Source: Candidatus Sulfomarinibacteraceae bacterium (GTDB lineage Bacteria; Acidobacteriota; Thermoanaerobaculia; Thermoanaerobaculales; Sulfomarinibacteraceae). From it: DNA of 64,000 nucleotides. Below the pieces are notes generated by a model, which worked only from the letters and a program-made list of their open reading frames with translations, was not told the origin of the DNA and made no database searches. Positions 52,718-64,000 of this stretch are shown in pieces (the first letter of the stretch is position 1; each line of letters opens with the position of its first letter). The position numbers and the translations under genes were made by a program. The stretch spans positions 96,001-160,000 of the forward strand of contig CAWCLO010000004.1 in the NCBI GenBank assembly GCA_963796455.1, given 5' to 3'.

Positions 52718-54383
52718 ATGAAGAGGTAGTGTTCACGCTACCTGTTCGCAAGCACCGCCGCGGCGAGTCAATAGCACCGATCTAAGCTCTGGTCCCGGTC
52801 GATTCGTTCATTTTGCGATTGGAAACGGACGCGGTCGCCACAAATCTCGAATCCGATCGACGGCGAGGCCTAGCGAGCCTTTCCTCGGCTGCCGGGCGTT
52901 CTGGGAGTGACAATCTATTCATCCCAGGCGTATTGGGAACGTTACAGGCCCACATTTTTTGGCGGGCCGAAGCTGTTTGTTTACACAATGCCTCTTCAGA
53001 TAGAGTCATCTTTTGCCAGGGGCCATATGACTAAAGTGCAGGGTGACGATGGTCACGACAGCTTCAATCGACTGGATTAAGGATGGTGTTTTCAAGGTAG
53101 CCTTCGGTCGCCAGCCAGACGACCGTTTCCTTCGGGGAGGCATCATTGGAAAACATCGGGATGGGGAAAGGGAATTCGGGCGTAAACGCCTCGCGTTCGT
53201 GCTCGCGGTTTTTCAGGCAACAGATGGTCTGGTTGACCGTTGGACATTCGCCGAGTGCGTGAGCAATGAGGCTAGTGTGATCGCCGTCGCTCATTTGAAT
53301 GCTTGGGTCGTGAGGGGGCCAGCGGTAGAGTCGAATTGTCATTTGGGATCGGGTCCGACGATGACCACACACGATTGAGCGTTTGGTTCGATGGTTTGGA
53401 ACCGCGCCGACCGCACTTTCTAAGTATCCGAGGACAATTCGTCTTGTCAATCGACACCGACCGTGGCGGCCAGGTTTCGTTGGTGTTCTCAGAATCAGAA
53501 TTGGGCAGGTTTCCATTGTCGGAATTGGTTGGCTCTGGCAACAGCTCTCCCTTGTCTTTCGAAATTTCTGATTCGAGCGGATCGACTGTCTTGGGTGGGG
53601 TACTTCATTTCGTGAAATCGACTGATTCCTTGGTTTTCGCGCGCGGTTTTGAGGGCGGGAACGATGGTTGGGACATCGCAGGTCCGCACGGACCGGTCGG
53701 GGAATGGTCTCTGGTATTCAATGAAGAGTTTGAGGGACAGGAACTGGACACAGCTTTTTGGACACCCGAGATGACGTGGGTACCTGTAGTGACAAATGAA
53801 GAGTTGCACTACTACGACCCAGACGTCGGCGACAACGTGAAGATAGGGGACGGGTTTCTTGAACTCATAGCCGAACCGAGAGCTCAAAATGATCAACCCT
53901 ATTCGTCTGGACACATATCAAGCCACAAAAGCTCACCTACCTTTTTGGTGCCATTGAGGTTCGGGCCCGAATCCCGGCGGGATTAGGGCTGTGTACCTTT
54001 TGGCAACTTATCTGGATTTTGAGGATCCCAGGCGAAATTGACGTTGTGAATGGAACGGTGCAGAGCAAGACTCCCCGTATCAGGCTTTTCACCACGAGAA
54101 TCAAGGAGAGTATCGCATTTTTGGGGATCAATATACCGGGCAAAACATTACCAGTGAGTTCCATCCTTTCGCTCTCGATTGGACGCCCGATTGGATACGG
54201 TGGTACGTTGACGGCGAACTAGGTGCTGAATTTCTGGATACAAATTCGATCGATTCCGAGCCGATTTACGTCATCCTCAATCTTGCTGTAGGGTACCTTT
54301 TTGTAGGCCCGCCTGATGAAAACGTCGAATTTCCTGCGGTTTTTTCGATTAACTATGTTCGAATCTGGCGACGCAGAGGGTGA
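52718..54383 (+). CDS. Secreted protein with C-terminal GH16 domain, frameshifted
   Basis: WSLVFNEEF, YSSG, EVRARIP, GEIDVV, DWTPDWIRWYVDG, ILNLAVG, NYVRIW at about 53700-54383. Start uncertain. Confidence 0.72.
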
Positions 54384-54630
54384 CCTGTAGTTTTATGGGA
54401 CGCTAGTTTAATTTTTCGCTGCATTCAAATTTCCAGACTTTTGATACTGGTCTTCTCGGGCAACTCGAATGTCGGTGTCGATTTCAATTTTTGTTGCCGG
54501 GGCCCTTCGCCACAAACCAATCGAATCAGGGATGGCCTACCCCAAGAGTCGTTGCAGAGAGCGTTATCCTTCCGGTCAACTGTGGGATTATCCAGTTTAG
54601 GTTCAGCTTTCCTTCGGATGTGACTGTCGG

Positions 54631-55576
54631 TCAGAATACTCGTCCCGGTTTCACTCTCCCGACTAGTCGGTCAAAAAGACCAAAGAGATAGCCTGACAAC
54701 AAACCGCAATCGATTGCAGCAACAATGGGTACGCCAATCTGTATCTTTCTTGCCCAGGAAAGGTTCACGTTACGTGTTCTTTGAAGGTAGTATGCGTAGT
54801 AGGTTAATATCAATGCTAGAGACAATAAACCAAAAGTAGGCGAGAGAAATGGTCCGGTAAATCCAAGAAAATAAATTAGAAATCGCAAAAAGTATTTCCC
54901 AAAAAAAATCTTAGCATTACCGTCACCTCTTGCGTATAAAAAGAACTGCTTAAAGACTTGTGAAATGTTGGTTCTTGGGCGCCAATATACGATTGCTTTT
55001 TGAACCACATATGGTACGATACCGGCATTTCTCATTTTCAAAAAAAAGACGGTGTCTTCAGCAGTGTAGAAGCTCTTCTGGAAAACCTCCAATACTTTTC
55101 CACACTTCTTTTCGAAAGGCCAAGGATCGCGCAGATGGAACGAACTCTTCTGTGGATTTTTCTCGGAGAGTTAAGAACGTTATTGATGACAGTATTTCTT
55201 CGAAATCAGATTCGTTATTTGGTAGATACCATCCAGAAACTACGGTGACGGATTCTTCTTCAAACGGAGACACTATATTGTCTAACCAGTCTCGGTCCAA
55301 TGAACACCCACAATCCGTTACCGCAATGACATTATGAGACGCCTCCTTAATTGCAAAGTTTCTCCCTTGTGAGATATTTAGTCGACCGGGTGTCAGGAAT
55401 CTGACTCTCGGATTGTCACGAAATGCCTCGGTGAGTTCTTTGATTACGCCCACTGGAGAACCCCCGTCGACGATCACGATTTCGTTGGGTTTTCGGCTCT
55501 GGTTTTCGAATGATGAGACGAGGCGAATTAGTTCTGAGTCTTCATTGATTGCTGTAACGATAACGCTTACTTCCAT
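54631..55576 (-). CDS. Glycosyltransferase family 2, one frameshift
   Basis: VSVIVT, IVIVDGGS, ISQGRN, VTDCG, IGGFPE / AEDT, YARGDG. Confidence 0.88.
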
Positions 55577-55754
55577 GAGATATCGACCTCTTGGCGTTCC
55601 TTTTTTGGTTTGCTATTTTTTGGGAGCGGCCGATAAGTGACATCGAGATCCGCTGCTGGCCGTTCATAAATAGATAGAGGCGTTTGGAAAAACCGGATAT
55701 GTGATGGACTACGATTGGCGGTTGTAGCTACGGAATATAGACTAAGCGAAAATC

Positions 55755-56604
55755 TCATAGCAGCCGTCGCTTTTTTGTTAGGCGCCGCCAACTCTCGACC
55801 CACGAACTGGGGATCAGGACACGCAATGTGCTTCGAAACAAACCCAGCCACGCTTGCGAGTAGGTAATACGGTACGGCATATGGCGAACCTGTAGCTTTA
55901 GCCGAGTTCGCGCTTGGGCTCCAAGATCCGAGAGGGTGATGCCGGTTGATGAGAGCCGATAATCTACCAGGAATTCGGGGATATTCGTCAATTGATGATG
56001 CCGCGAGAGCCTACAGAAGAGATCGTAGTCTTCGGCGGTCCGCAGTGACTCGTCCCATCCACCAATATTTTCTAAGGTGCTTACTCGGAACATCACGGTT
56101 GTGTTTATGATGCACTGGTTAATACACAGAGTACGGTCGCACGTCGTCCGGGTGGGTTGGTGGATATGAATCTGTATAGACCAAGTCCAGCATTTTGAGG
56201 GTCGACGGCATTGGCCCACGAACCTACTGCCGCAAAAATCTCGTGGGTGTCAAGGAATTGCATTTGTTTAGCAAATCGCTTCGGGTGGGCGATGTAGCGT
56301 TCCGCGTCAAGCACGGCTGCGTACTGATAGCCCTGGTGAACGATTTGCTCAGAGCCATATTTCGACTGCCGCCGGGCCCTGTTGAATTGCCGTTGCGCAA
56401 GATCTTGACGCTTTCGGGGATCCGGCCCAAGGTATTCTTCAGCAATTGGTAGACGGGAATCCTACTGCCGTCGTCGGCGATGAAGAGATCAACCTGTGCG
56501 GTGCTTGAAAGAACGCTATCCACAAATGCCTCCCGGAGCGTGTCTTCCGCATTGTATGCCGCCATGATCACCGCGACCTTGTGGCGGTGAGATAGTCTGA
56601 TCAA
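55755..56604 (-). CDS. Glycosyltransferase family 2, frameshifted
   Basis: VIMAAYNAE, ADDGS, SRN, RFAKQ, GGWDESLRTAEDYDL. Confidence 0.85.
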
Positions 56605-56825
56605 GACCGTCCTTAAATTTCACCTAACTATCCGTCGCTGTGAAATTTGGAGATTCTCTTTTCCACCGATCATTCCCTTCGCAATTGGGATTCAATCAGT
56701 CTAAACGGCAAAGAATGGGCTTCCGCACGAGGGCCTGCTAAGCCAGGTTTCGAGGTAATCGACTGCGTTGAAAAGGTGTCGACAGGCGTTCCGCATGCCA
56801 AGATTCTACTGATTTGAAGTCGGGC

Positions 56826-57962
56826 TTAGTGAAGCGATACAACATTTTGGTAGAGCTCCGTGGCGTCCACCATGTTGTAACGTTGAATTCAGCCTTCACC
56901 CTTTCAAACCCCGCATGCCCCATTCGTTGTCGCAGCCCTGCATCCCTCGCGAGAAAATTGATTTACTCGCCGAGCAAACTCTCCTGAATTTCCTTGCGAA
57001 ACCAGTATTCCCGTTTCTCCGTTTTTGATCAGAGTTCTCGCACCCATGACATCCGTAGCGACTACCGGGAGGCCTGCGCTCATTGCTTCACATAGGACAT
57101 ATCCGAAGCTTTCGTACCGAGATGTGAGTGCAAATATGTCGAATTCGCGAACCATCGCTTGGGCCTCGTCACGCCATCCGACGGCGAATGACAGTCCGAT
57201 CCTAGCCCGTGTTTTTCGATGAACGCTTTCGCTTTCACTTCAAGTTCGCCGTTGCCGACCCAAACAAAATGCACTTCAGGTATCTCCCCGATGACGCATC
57301 TTGCGGCCTCCAGACCCCAACGGATTCTTGACAGGACTCCGGAAACCCTATCGCCCCCACCACAATCGCCTGTGGCGAGATGCCCAGTTTTCCTTGATCA
57401 AAAAACAGCGAACTGTTTCTTGGAGGTCGATTGCCAATTGAATTGTTGTCGTACTGTTCTCATCGAACAGTCGTGATGACCTGAAGTCATCCCTATTCCG
57501 AATCTGACACAGCAATTGCGCAGTCAGTGAACTTGGCCGCGAGCTTCTCCGAGGTACCAGAACTTTTGATCGACGTGAGTGGACAAGCCATGTGGTGTGT
57601 ATACGGTCGTGGTGCCGGTGAAGGCGAGTTTTCCGGCTATTAATTTTACAGAAACCCGGCTTTTGAACTGTGACAGTGCAGGATGTCTGGTTTTGTTTCC
57701 CGAACAATCTTCCAGATCTGAGTTCCACAGCGGAAGTCGTCGATTGGTGAGAGCCCTCAGTTTCATAGGGATTTCAATAAGTTGGATGCTTTCCGCGTTC
57801 ATGCAATTCAGGCAGTGCTTTGAAAAACAGCGGGTCCGCCCTATAAGTTGAGTAGGCGAACGAAATGTCGAACTTCGTGAGATCAATCCTCTTTAGGAGA
57901 TCAACAATGTACTTCCGAGTTCCTCCAAGAGTAGCTTCCATAAGCAAGAGCACTCGTATCAA
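56826..57962 (-). CDS. Glycosyltransferase family 4, frameshifted
   Basis: EATLGGT, VYTPHG, FVWVGNGE, DIFALTSRYESFGYVLCEAMSAGLPVVATDV. Confidence 0.87.
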
Positions 57963-58172
57963 CCGCCGGTTTCACTCTCGTAGGATTTGGTCGGGAGAGG
58001 TAGCGGTTTGTAAATAGCTTCCATAGGTCAATTCTACAGGAATTGTTCCAATGGAAGTGATACCTCACAATGCTATTCTCATTTCACCCCGGTTACTTCG
58101 GGAGATTGAACGATTGGTTGTAAAACGGCGTCGGCGCCCCAGATGAGAAGCGTCTTGACCGGCGACATAACG

Positions 58173-59574
58173 TTATTTCTGAGGAGGATTGGATTCCGGG
58201 CGAAATCTGCTGGAAACAACAGAATATCCGACTGTCCAGACAGACAGAAGCATGATGGTCCACAACGCATTGAGCCCGTGGAGCAGCGTCGATTCAAAAA
58301 TGTTGTGAACGATACCAAGGGTAAGCAGCAAAAGGCCACAAAGCAAAAGTTCGCGCCTAAACTGGTCGACACCATCACTTCGATATCGCAAAAGGGCGCG
58401 ATAGGGTTGTGCCAGAGCCAAGAGCGCGAGGATGATGCCCACAGCGCCAAGGGTCACCATGACATCCCAGGTAGCCGTTGTGCGCCTCTGTGTATTGGGC
58501 TACGAAATCGCTGGCATAATTCAATGACGGGGAACCATCACCAATAGCCCAGAATGATCCGTAGCCCACACCTACAAGAGGAGCCGCAGCAATGGATTCC
58601 CAGACGAATTTCCAGATTTCTGTGCGCCCGGGTCAACGTTAGGTCGACGAACGAAAATTGGTTATCCCCGGCAACATCTGCCCAAAGGGCGAGGCTACCG
58701 AAGATGTATAGCGGGACAACAATTCCACCGAGCCACGCAAATAGCAAAAGGCCCTTTCGGTTGAAGCCTTTCTTCAGGCCAGCAACAAAGAAAATGCCAA
58801 GTGGAATCATTGCGACGAAAACTGCAATACTGGTCCGAGATTGGGTGAACCATTCAAAAACACGGCCCATGCGCAGGAGCTTGCCAAGAGTAGGTAGGGG
58901 CTTCTACGAGAAACGCCAACAAATAGCCACAGCAAGGTCGCAATTGCGCTGATGAGTCCCGAAATATTCTTGTGAAGGTGCAACCCTTCCCACTTTCCCA
59001 TATGATCGATCGCCAGGTCCGGTACAACGATGATTCCGCAATAATTCGCTGCCATAACTAGCCCAGTGACCATCAAAAGCACGTTCGTAATCCGTCGTGG
59101 AGCAACCGTGGTGAATAGCAGGGTTATCGTGGCACTCAAAAAGGTCCCAAGAAGTCGGCGAGTGGAGATTCCTATGACGTCAGACCAGAGAATGCTGAAA
59201 GCTGCCCATGCGAACACACACAACAAAATTCGATTGGTGCCAGCTCCCTCAGCATTTGCTTTCTGCGCGAAGCCAACATCGGGGTAACCGCGACTAGAAA
59301 TACGAGCAAAATGATTTGTCGCGCCCCCTGTCCCCCGCTCCAGATTGATCGATCGCTACACCCGAACCTTCCATAAACGGGTTCGTCCCGATCATTAGGA
59401 AGAGCAAAAACAAAGACGCAATAGTGGCGCAGTACGGATCGGCCGACGATCCGCGTTCACAGAACCATCCAAGACGTCACGCCCCCGGCGGGCTGGTTTT
59501 CTGTTGTGTGAGACGCTCGTCAACACGCTGTTCTATTTCCCGCCCTTGATTAATCTGTTCGTCGCCTCGCTCAT
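58173..59574 (-). CDS. O-antigen ligase / Wzy polymerase family protein, frameshifted
   Basis: Multi-TM fragments with WEGLHLHKN, TQSRTS, LTLT, GYGSFW, AHNGYL, HNIFES. Confidence 0.8.
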
Positions 59575-59816
59575 GACGAACATCCGATAGGTTTGACGGA
59601 ATCCCAGTTCCAGTATAGAAGCCCGGGTGGGAACATCAACCGTAACGAACAATCTGGTGCTACACCTGCGATAGACGGCGCCCGTGGTTCTTTTCTGAGA
59701 AATGTAGGCCGTGGCAACGCCACCCCGATTTCAAAATGTAGAAAGCTCGTCGTACGGTTAAGCGGAGAATCCGTCGTTAGGTGGATCGTTGGCCTTGACC
59801 TGCGGATTGTGAATCA

Positions 59817-61130
59817 TCAGATTTCAGTTCGATTGCGAACAGCCATAAATATCGTAATCATATAATTACAAACCCTGCGCCGGACCCGTCCCGGGCGCGG
59901 ATTAAAGGCATAGATTCTCAGTGCCAGACCGAACGAGTGGGACAGCAACAGGCCTGTTGCTGCCCCCATGGCCCCATACGCTCGTGCGAGCCAAAAGCCA
60001 CCAGTTAGTGTTACAAGGAAAGGGGCCCAGTTGACCATGAAATCGGCATTGGCATGGTCCATCGCAAATAGCGCCCGAGAGAAGCAGAAATTTACACTGC
60101 GGGAATAAGGCCCAGGGCAAGAACGAACGTGACCATTCCATTTCCGGCGTACTTACCCCGTAAAGCCATACAACTAAATCCTCACCCAGAAAGAAAATGG
60201 CGCAGGACGCAATGCACATTCCGACAGAAAAGAAGGGTTCCGACCCTGAGGGTAAACTGGTGCAGGGGCGGTGCCCCTTGTTCCGCATATAGATTGGCGA
60301 TTTTGGGTCCCAAAAAGTTCTGCACCCCCGTCAGCGGGACACTTATGAGCGCCATACCCCTAGGCAGGCACCCCAAACTCCCGCAGAAGCTGTCCCATGA
60401 AACGACAAGAAACCAGGGATAGAGGTTCATGCTAATCACCCAGACGAGCCCCGCTTGCCAGCACCCATTTGGCGAACGCCCAGTTTCGCGAAAAATCAGA
60501 AACGACCTGTCTCGGTTCAATCCGAAATCGAACTCGATTCAATAAGTACCAAATCCCGACCGGCAACTCCACATGCCAGACCAATCGCCCAATAGGCCCT
60601 GGCCGCCGAGAGATAACCAAGGTGCGTGAGTATGAGTAGGCCACTGATTTGCAGCGTGGCAACGCAGAGATCAAAAAGTAGTGCTGTCCCCATACGGAGT
60701 CCGGCAAAACAGAACCGGCGAATGAACTCCCTGAACGCTATGAACCCAACAGTCACTGCTAAGGACCAAATGACGGGACCAAGTCCTGGTCGGGCCTTCC
60801 GAAGGTGAGAAACACCCCGCCCGGAAAAGAGTATCAGCGCGATTAAAGAGGAGAATGCGAATTGGTGGACGAGCAAACTGCCGTTATACAGCTGCAGGGA
60901 CCGCCCTTTGAGTTTGGGCTAAAGACCATGTATGGCGTCGAGATAGTCGATGTTTGGAGATCGGTGAAAAGAAGAACGATGCTGAGACCCAGCATGTAGA
61001 GTCCGAACTCTTCTTTGGTGCAAAACCGGCCAATCAAAACGCCGGTTAGAAAGTTGGCGGCGCTGTAAACACCTTGATTCGCAAGAGTATAAAATCCCTT
61101 TGCCGTGTTCGCCTTGGAAAGGAATCTCAT
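59817..61130 (-). CDS. Wzx-like polysaccharide flippase, frameshifted
   Basis: LANQGVYSAANFLTGVLIGR, EFGLY, REFIRR, NWAFAKW, YGAMGAATG. Confidence 0.8.
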
Positions 61131-61420
61131 AACTCTTGCATATTAGTCGAAATGCTCCGAAATGGGATAGGGAATCCCTTCAATTCGATTGAAGGCTATC
61201 ACAGGTGTACGAGGAAAATCGGCCCAAAATCGGACTATGGAGTTCGGTAAGAAGACAATTGGTGTACCAAATAGGGTAGTCTTCCACCAGTCTGTGGGAA
61301 TCTTCGTCCGAAGGCAGCAAGTAGCCGGTAATCGAGTGTGAAAGACTTTTCACGTAAGTCGCATTTAGTGAATCGTCAGCGCGCATATTGCGTGATGGTG
61401 CCTGATGACTTGCTCTGGTG

Positions 61421-62999
61421 TCAACCGAGAGTTTTTCGAAGGTGATCGGCCAGTCTGCTCGCCAGCGCTACGATCGTGAGCGTTGGTGCGTGGACTCCAC
61501 CGGTGGGAAAAACTGAACTTCCACCTATGTAGGGATTGTCGACATTGTGCACTTGGCAGTTTTCGTCCACCACGCCGAATTTAGGGTTTGAACTCATTCG
61601 AGTTGTACCCATGTGGTGCCACGTGCCAACAATTTCTTCTGGCCACGGGGCGATTCCACCCACTTCATGCCAATCAGAATCGCCTTGGATTGCCTTCAGT
61701 CGACTCAGGACAAGGGACTGACATCGACGAATAAGTGACGCTTTCTGCCTCAGAGATCGACCAGGTCAGCCTCGCAATCGAGTTTCCGAGAATGTCCTTT
61801 TGATCGGAAAGCGTGACACGATTGTGGGGCAGGGGTGGTTGTTCTACGCCGTTCATGATTTCGACCCAGGCCCGAAGCGCAGGAAATCCAAATCCGACTC
61901 CTAAAGACGCCGTCAGTGAGATATGGGGTCGTTTCAGCGACAGCTGTGCGTCTGAGGGTCTCAATCGATTGCGGCCCCCTCCGATATCCGGATAGAAAGG
62001 TACATTCCTCCGCAAGACGGCGTAAGCCATCTTGCGAAGGGCATCCCATGAGTGGTTTCTCGACCTCTGAATCCAAAGTAGATGCTGGTTTGATGGTTGA
62101 GTAGCTTCTCTCGTTCGAGCAGATCTTGGTTGACCTTGGAGGCGCGAGAACTTGAGCTTGGACAAAAATGTCGGGAGTTTGGGTAATTTGCTACGACTCA
62201 ACGAGGAGTGCGAGTACCGCTCGCAAATCCTTGGATGCTCCATAAAATGCCGGCCACAACATCGAATTCGTTCCCAATCCCAACATTGGAAGATTGGTTC
62301 GATTCGAGTAGAAGCCTGCTATTCTCGATTCCCCCGCACGCCAATACGAAAGCTTTCGCTTTCACTCGAAACCCGTTGTCCGTCAGGCAGAGAGTATTTC
62401 GACGCTCTCGACTCGTTGGCGTGCAGAGTTGCATCGGATTTTTCGAACAGATGAATGAAGTATCGCCTTGATATTATTCGTTGATTCGATTTTCTTCGAT
62501 AGGCGGTACCGAAATTGAACTGGCCGCAAATGATAGTTGTCGGTGCAGTTCGAGACCTTTTTCAGTTTTGTCGCCGGTTCTTGAGGATATTGGTTCATGA
62601 CTCTCACACCGCAAATCTTCAGGGCGCGGGAATAGTAGGGATCGAGGGATTTACGGGTTATGGGCCAGCCGCTGTTCGGAATCCACGGCCGTTTTTCAAA
62701 ATCCATCGGATCAAGAGGAAGGCATACGCCTCCCCAGGATATTCTGACTTGTGCCTCCGAAGGCTCGAATACGAGACTCTTTCGGCGGGGGGAAATACTG
62801 GGCCCTTCAATTTCGAAATCGGCGAGTTCCTGAGTCTCTCGATCCCAGCGCAGACCGCCGCTTTCGACAAGCGCCGCACTGAGACGTCGGAAGATAAGAA
62901 CTGCAGCGCTATAGTGATCCCCGCGGGACCGGCTCCAACGATACACAGGTCGGATTCTATGGTTGTCGCTGTTTCGACTGTTCGTCCATCGATAAACAA
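61421..62999 (-). CDS. GMC family FAD oxidoreductase, frameshifted
   Basis: CIVGAGPAG, VESGG, FVLACGGIENSRLLL, MEHP, EQPP...NRVTL, HHMGTTRM, GSSVFPTGG, PTLTIVAL. Confidence 0.87.
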
Positions 63000-63230
63000 G
63001 CTGGGTTCTCCTTCTCAACTCCCCTTGTAATTTGCGCCACAAGGTCCAGGATCCTGCGAACAAGTATATTCGGTACAAAACCACAAGGGCCGTTCGGTAC
63101 GGTCATTCTTTGAAACAGATTCACCCCTAACGGTGGTGTCGGAGGTGAGCGTCTCTGGGGCGGCGCTTGACCAGCCCGACACCGTTTCCTGTCCTGCGAG
63201 TCAATCTCGGCTATTCTTGATGCAGCCCTG

Positions 63231-64000
63231 ATGAGAATTATTGACCAATCTCCGTTCAATACGCTGCGTCGGCTCGTTGCTCAAAAAGAGTTGCGGGAGT
63301 CGTCGCTCGCGATGGGGGACCAACTCGTTGCGAGCATCACCAACTTTGCGACGGGTGTGATCATTGGGCGTGCCTGCATCCCAAGTGAGTTCGGGCTCTA
63401 CATGCTCGGGCTCAGCCTGGTGCTGGCCGCGATGCACCTGCAAAACTCACTGATCCTCGAGCCATACACCGTGCTGTGTCCTCGTTTCAAGGGGCGGACC
63501 ACGAGGCGTACTTCGGGAGCACGCTCGGCATCCAGATCTATTACTCGATCGCGGTGGTGGCCGGCTTGGCGATCGTGGGCGGAGTCGCTGCTTTCACCCC
63601 CTCCGATTCGGGCGTCGTTTCGGTGGTGTGGGCCCTCTCCGCGGTCATCGGGTTCATTTTGCTCCGTGAGTTCATTCGAAAGACCTGTTTTGCGCACCTG
63701 AACTACCGGACGGCGCTGATACTCGATTCGGTCGTGGCCGTTCTCCAGATATCTGGTCTTCTGGTTGTTGCGTCGATGGGTTGGATGACGGCAGCGCGCT
63801 CGTTCATGGTCATCGGCGTTGTCACGGCAGTCGCCGGACTCGCGTGGCTCTCCGGGAGCCTCAATGCCATTGTGTTCTCGGTGCCGGCACTGAAAAAGGC
63901 ACTTGCGAAAAACTGGTCGCTGGGGAAATGGTTGCTCGCCAGTACACTTCTTTGGGAATCAAATATCCTGCTTTATCCGTGGCTCCTCGCGGCGTTTCAC
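63231..64000 (+). CDS. Second Wzx-like flippase, frameshifted, 3'-partial
   Basis: DQLVASITNFATGVIIGR, EFGLYMLGLS, REFIR, NWSLGKW; paralogue of 59817..61130. Confidence 0.8.

Overview
High-GC bacterial chromosome segment, probably Acidobacteriota (inferred from the TonB, VWA, DUF3014-type and GspAB gene mix; not proven). No rRNA, tRNA, CRISPR array or transposase was recognised. From 1 to 38 kb lie mixed housekeeping and accessory genes: enoyl-CoA isomerase, class I HMG-CoA reductase with an extra N-terminal domain, ABC1 kinase, OmpA, M29 peptidase, ParA, bactofilin, PLP enzyme, TonB, TAXI, GspAB, nitronate monooxygenase, desaturase and DEAD helicase. Many intergenic spaces here hold a family of composite, nested palindromic repeats built from shared modules, including a near-identical 323-bp direct-repeat pair around one gene. 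From 38 to 46 kb are a stand-alone formyltransferase-A-T-TE NRPS, an EF-G outside the str operon coupled to a RecA/KaiC-like ATPase, and a candidate ~255-nt structured ncRNA with its own promoter and terminator. From 46.6 to 64 kb is a Wzy-dependent polysaccharide locus (wza, co-polymerase, ExeA-like ATPase, tyrosine kinase, priming transferase, GH16, glycosyltransferases, wzy, two wzx, GMC oxidoreductase) containing a lower-GC, mostly reverse-strand block. Genes beyond ~47.9 kb carry many single-base frameshifts, most likely assembly errors, so their coordinates are approximate.
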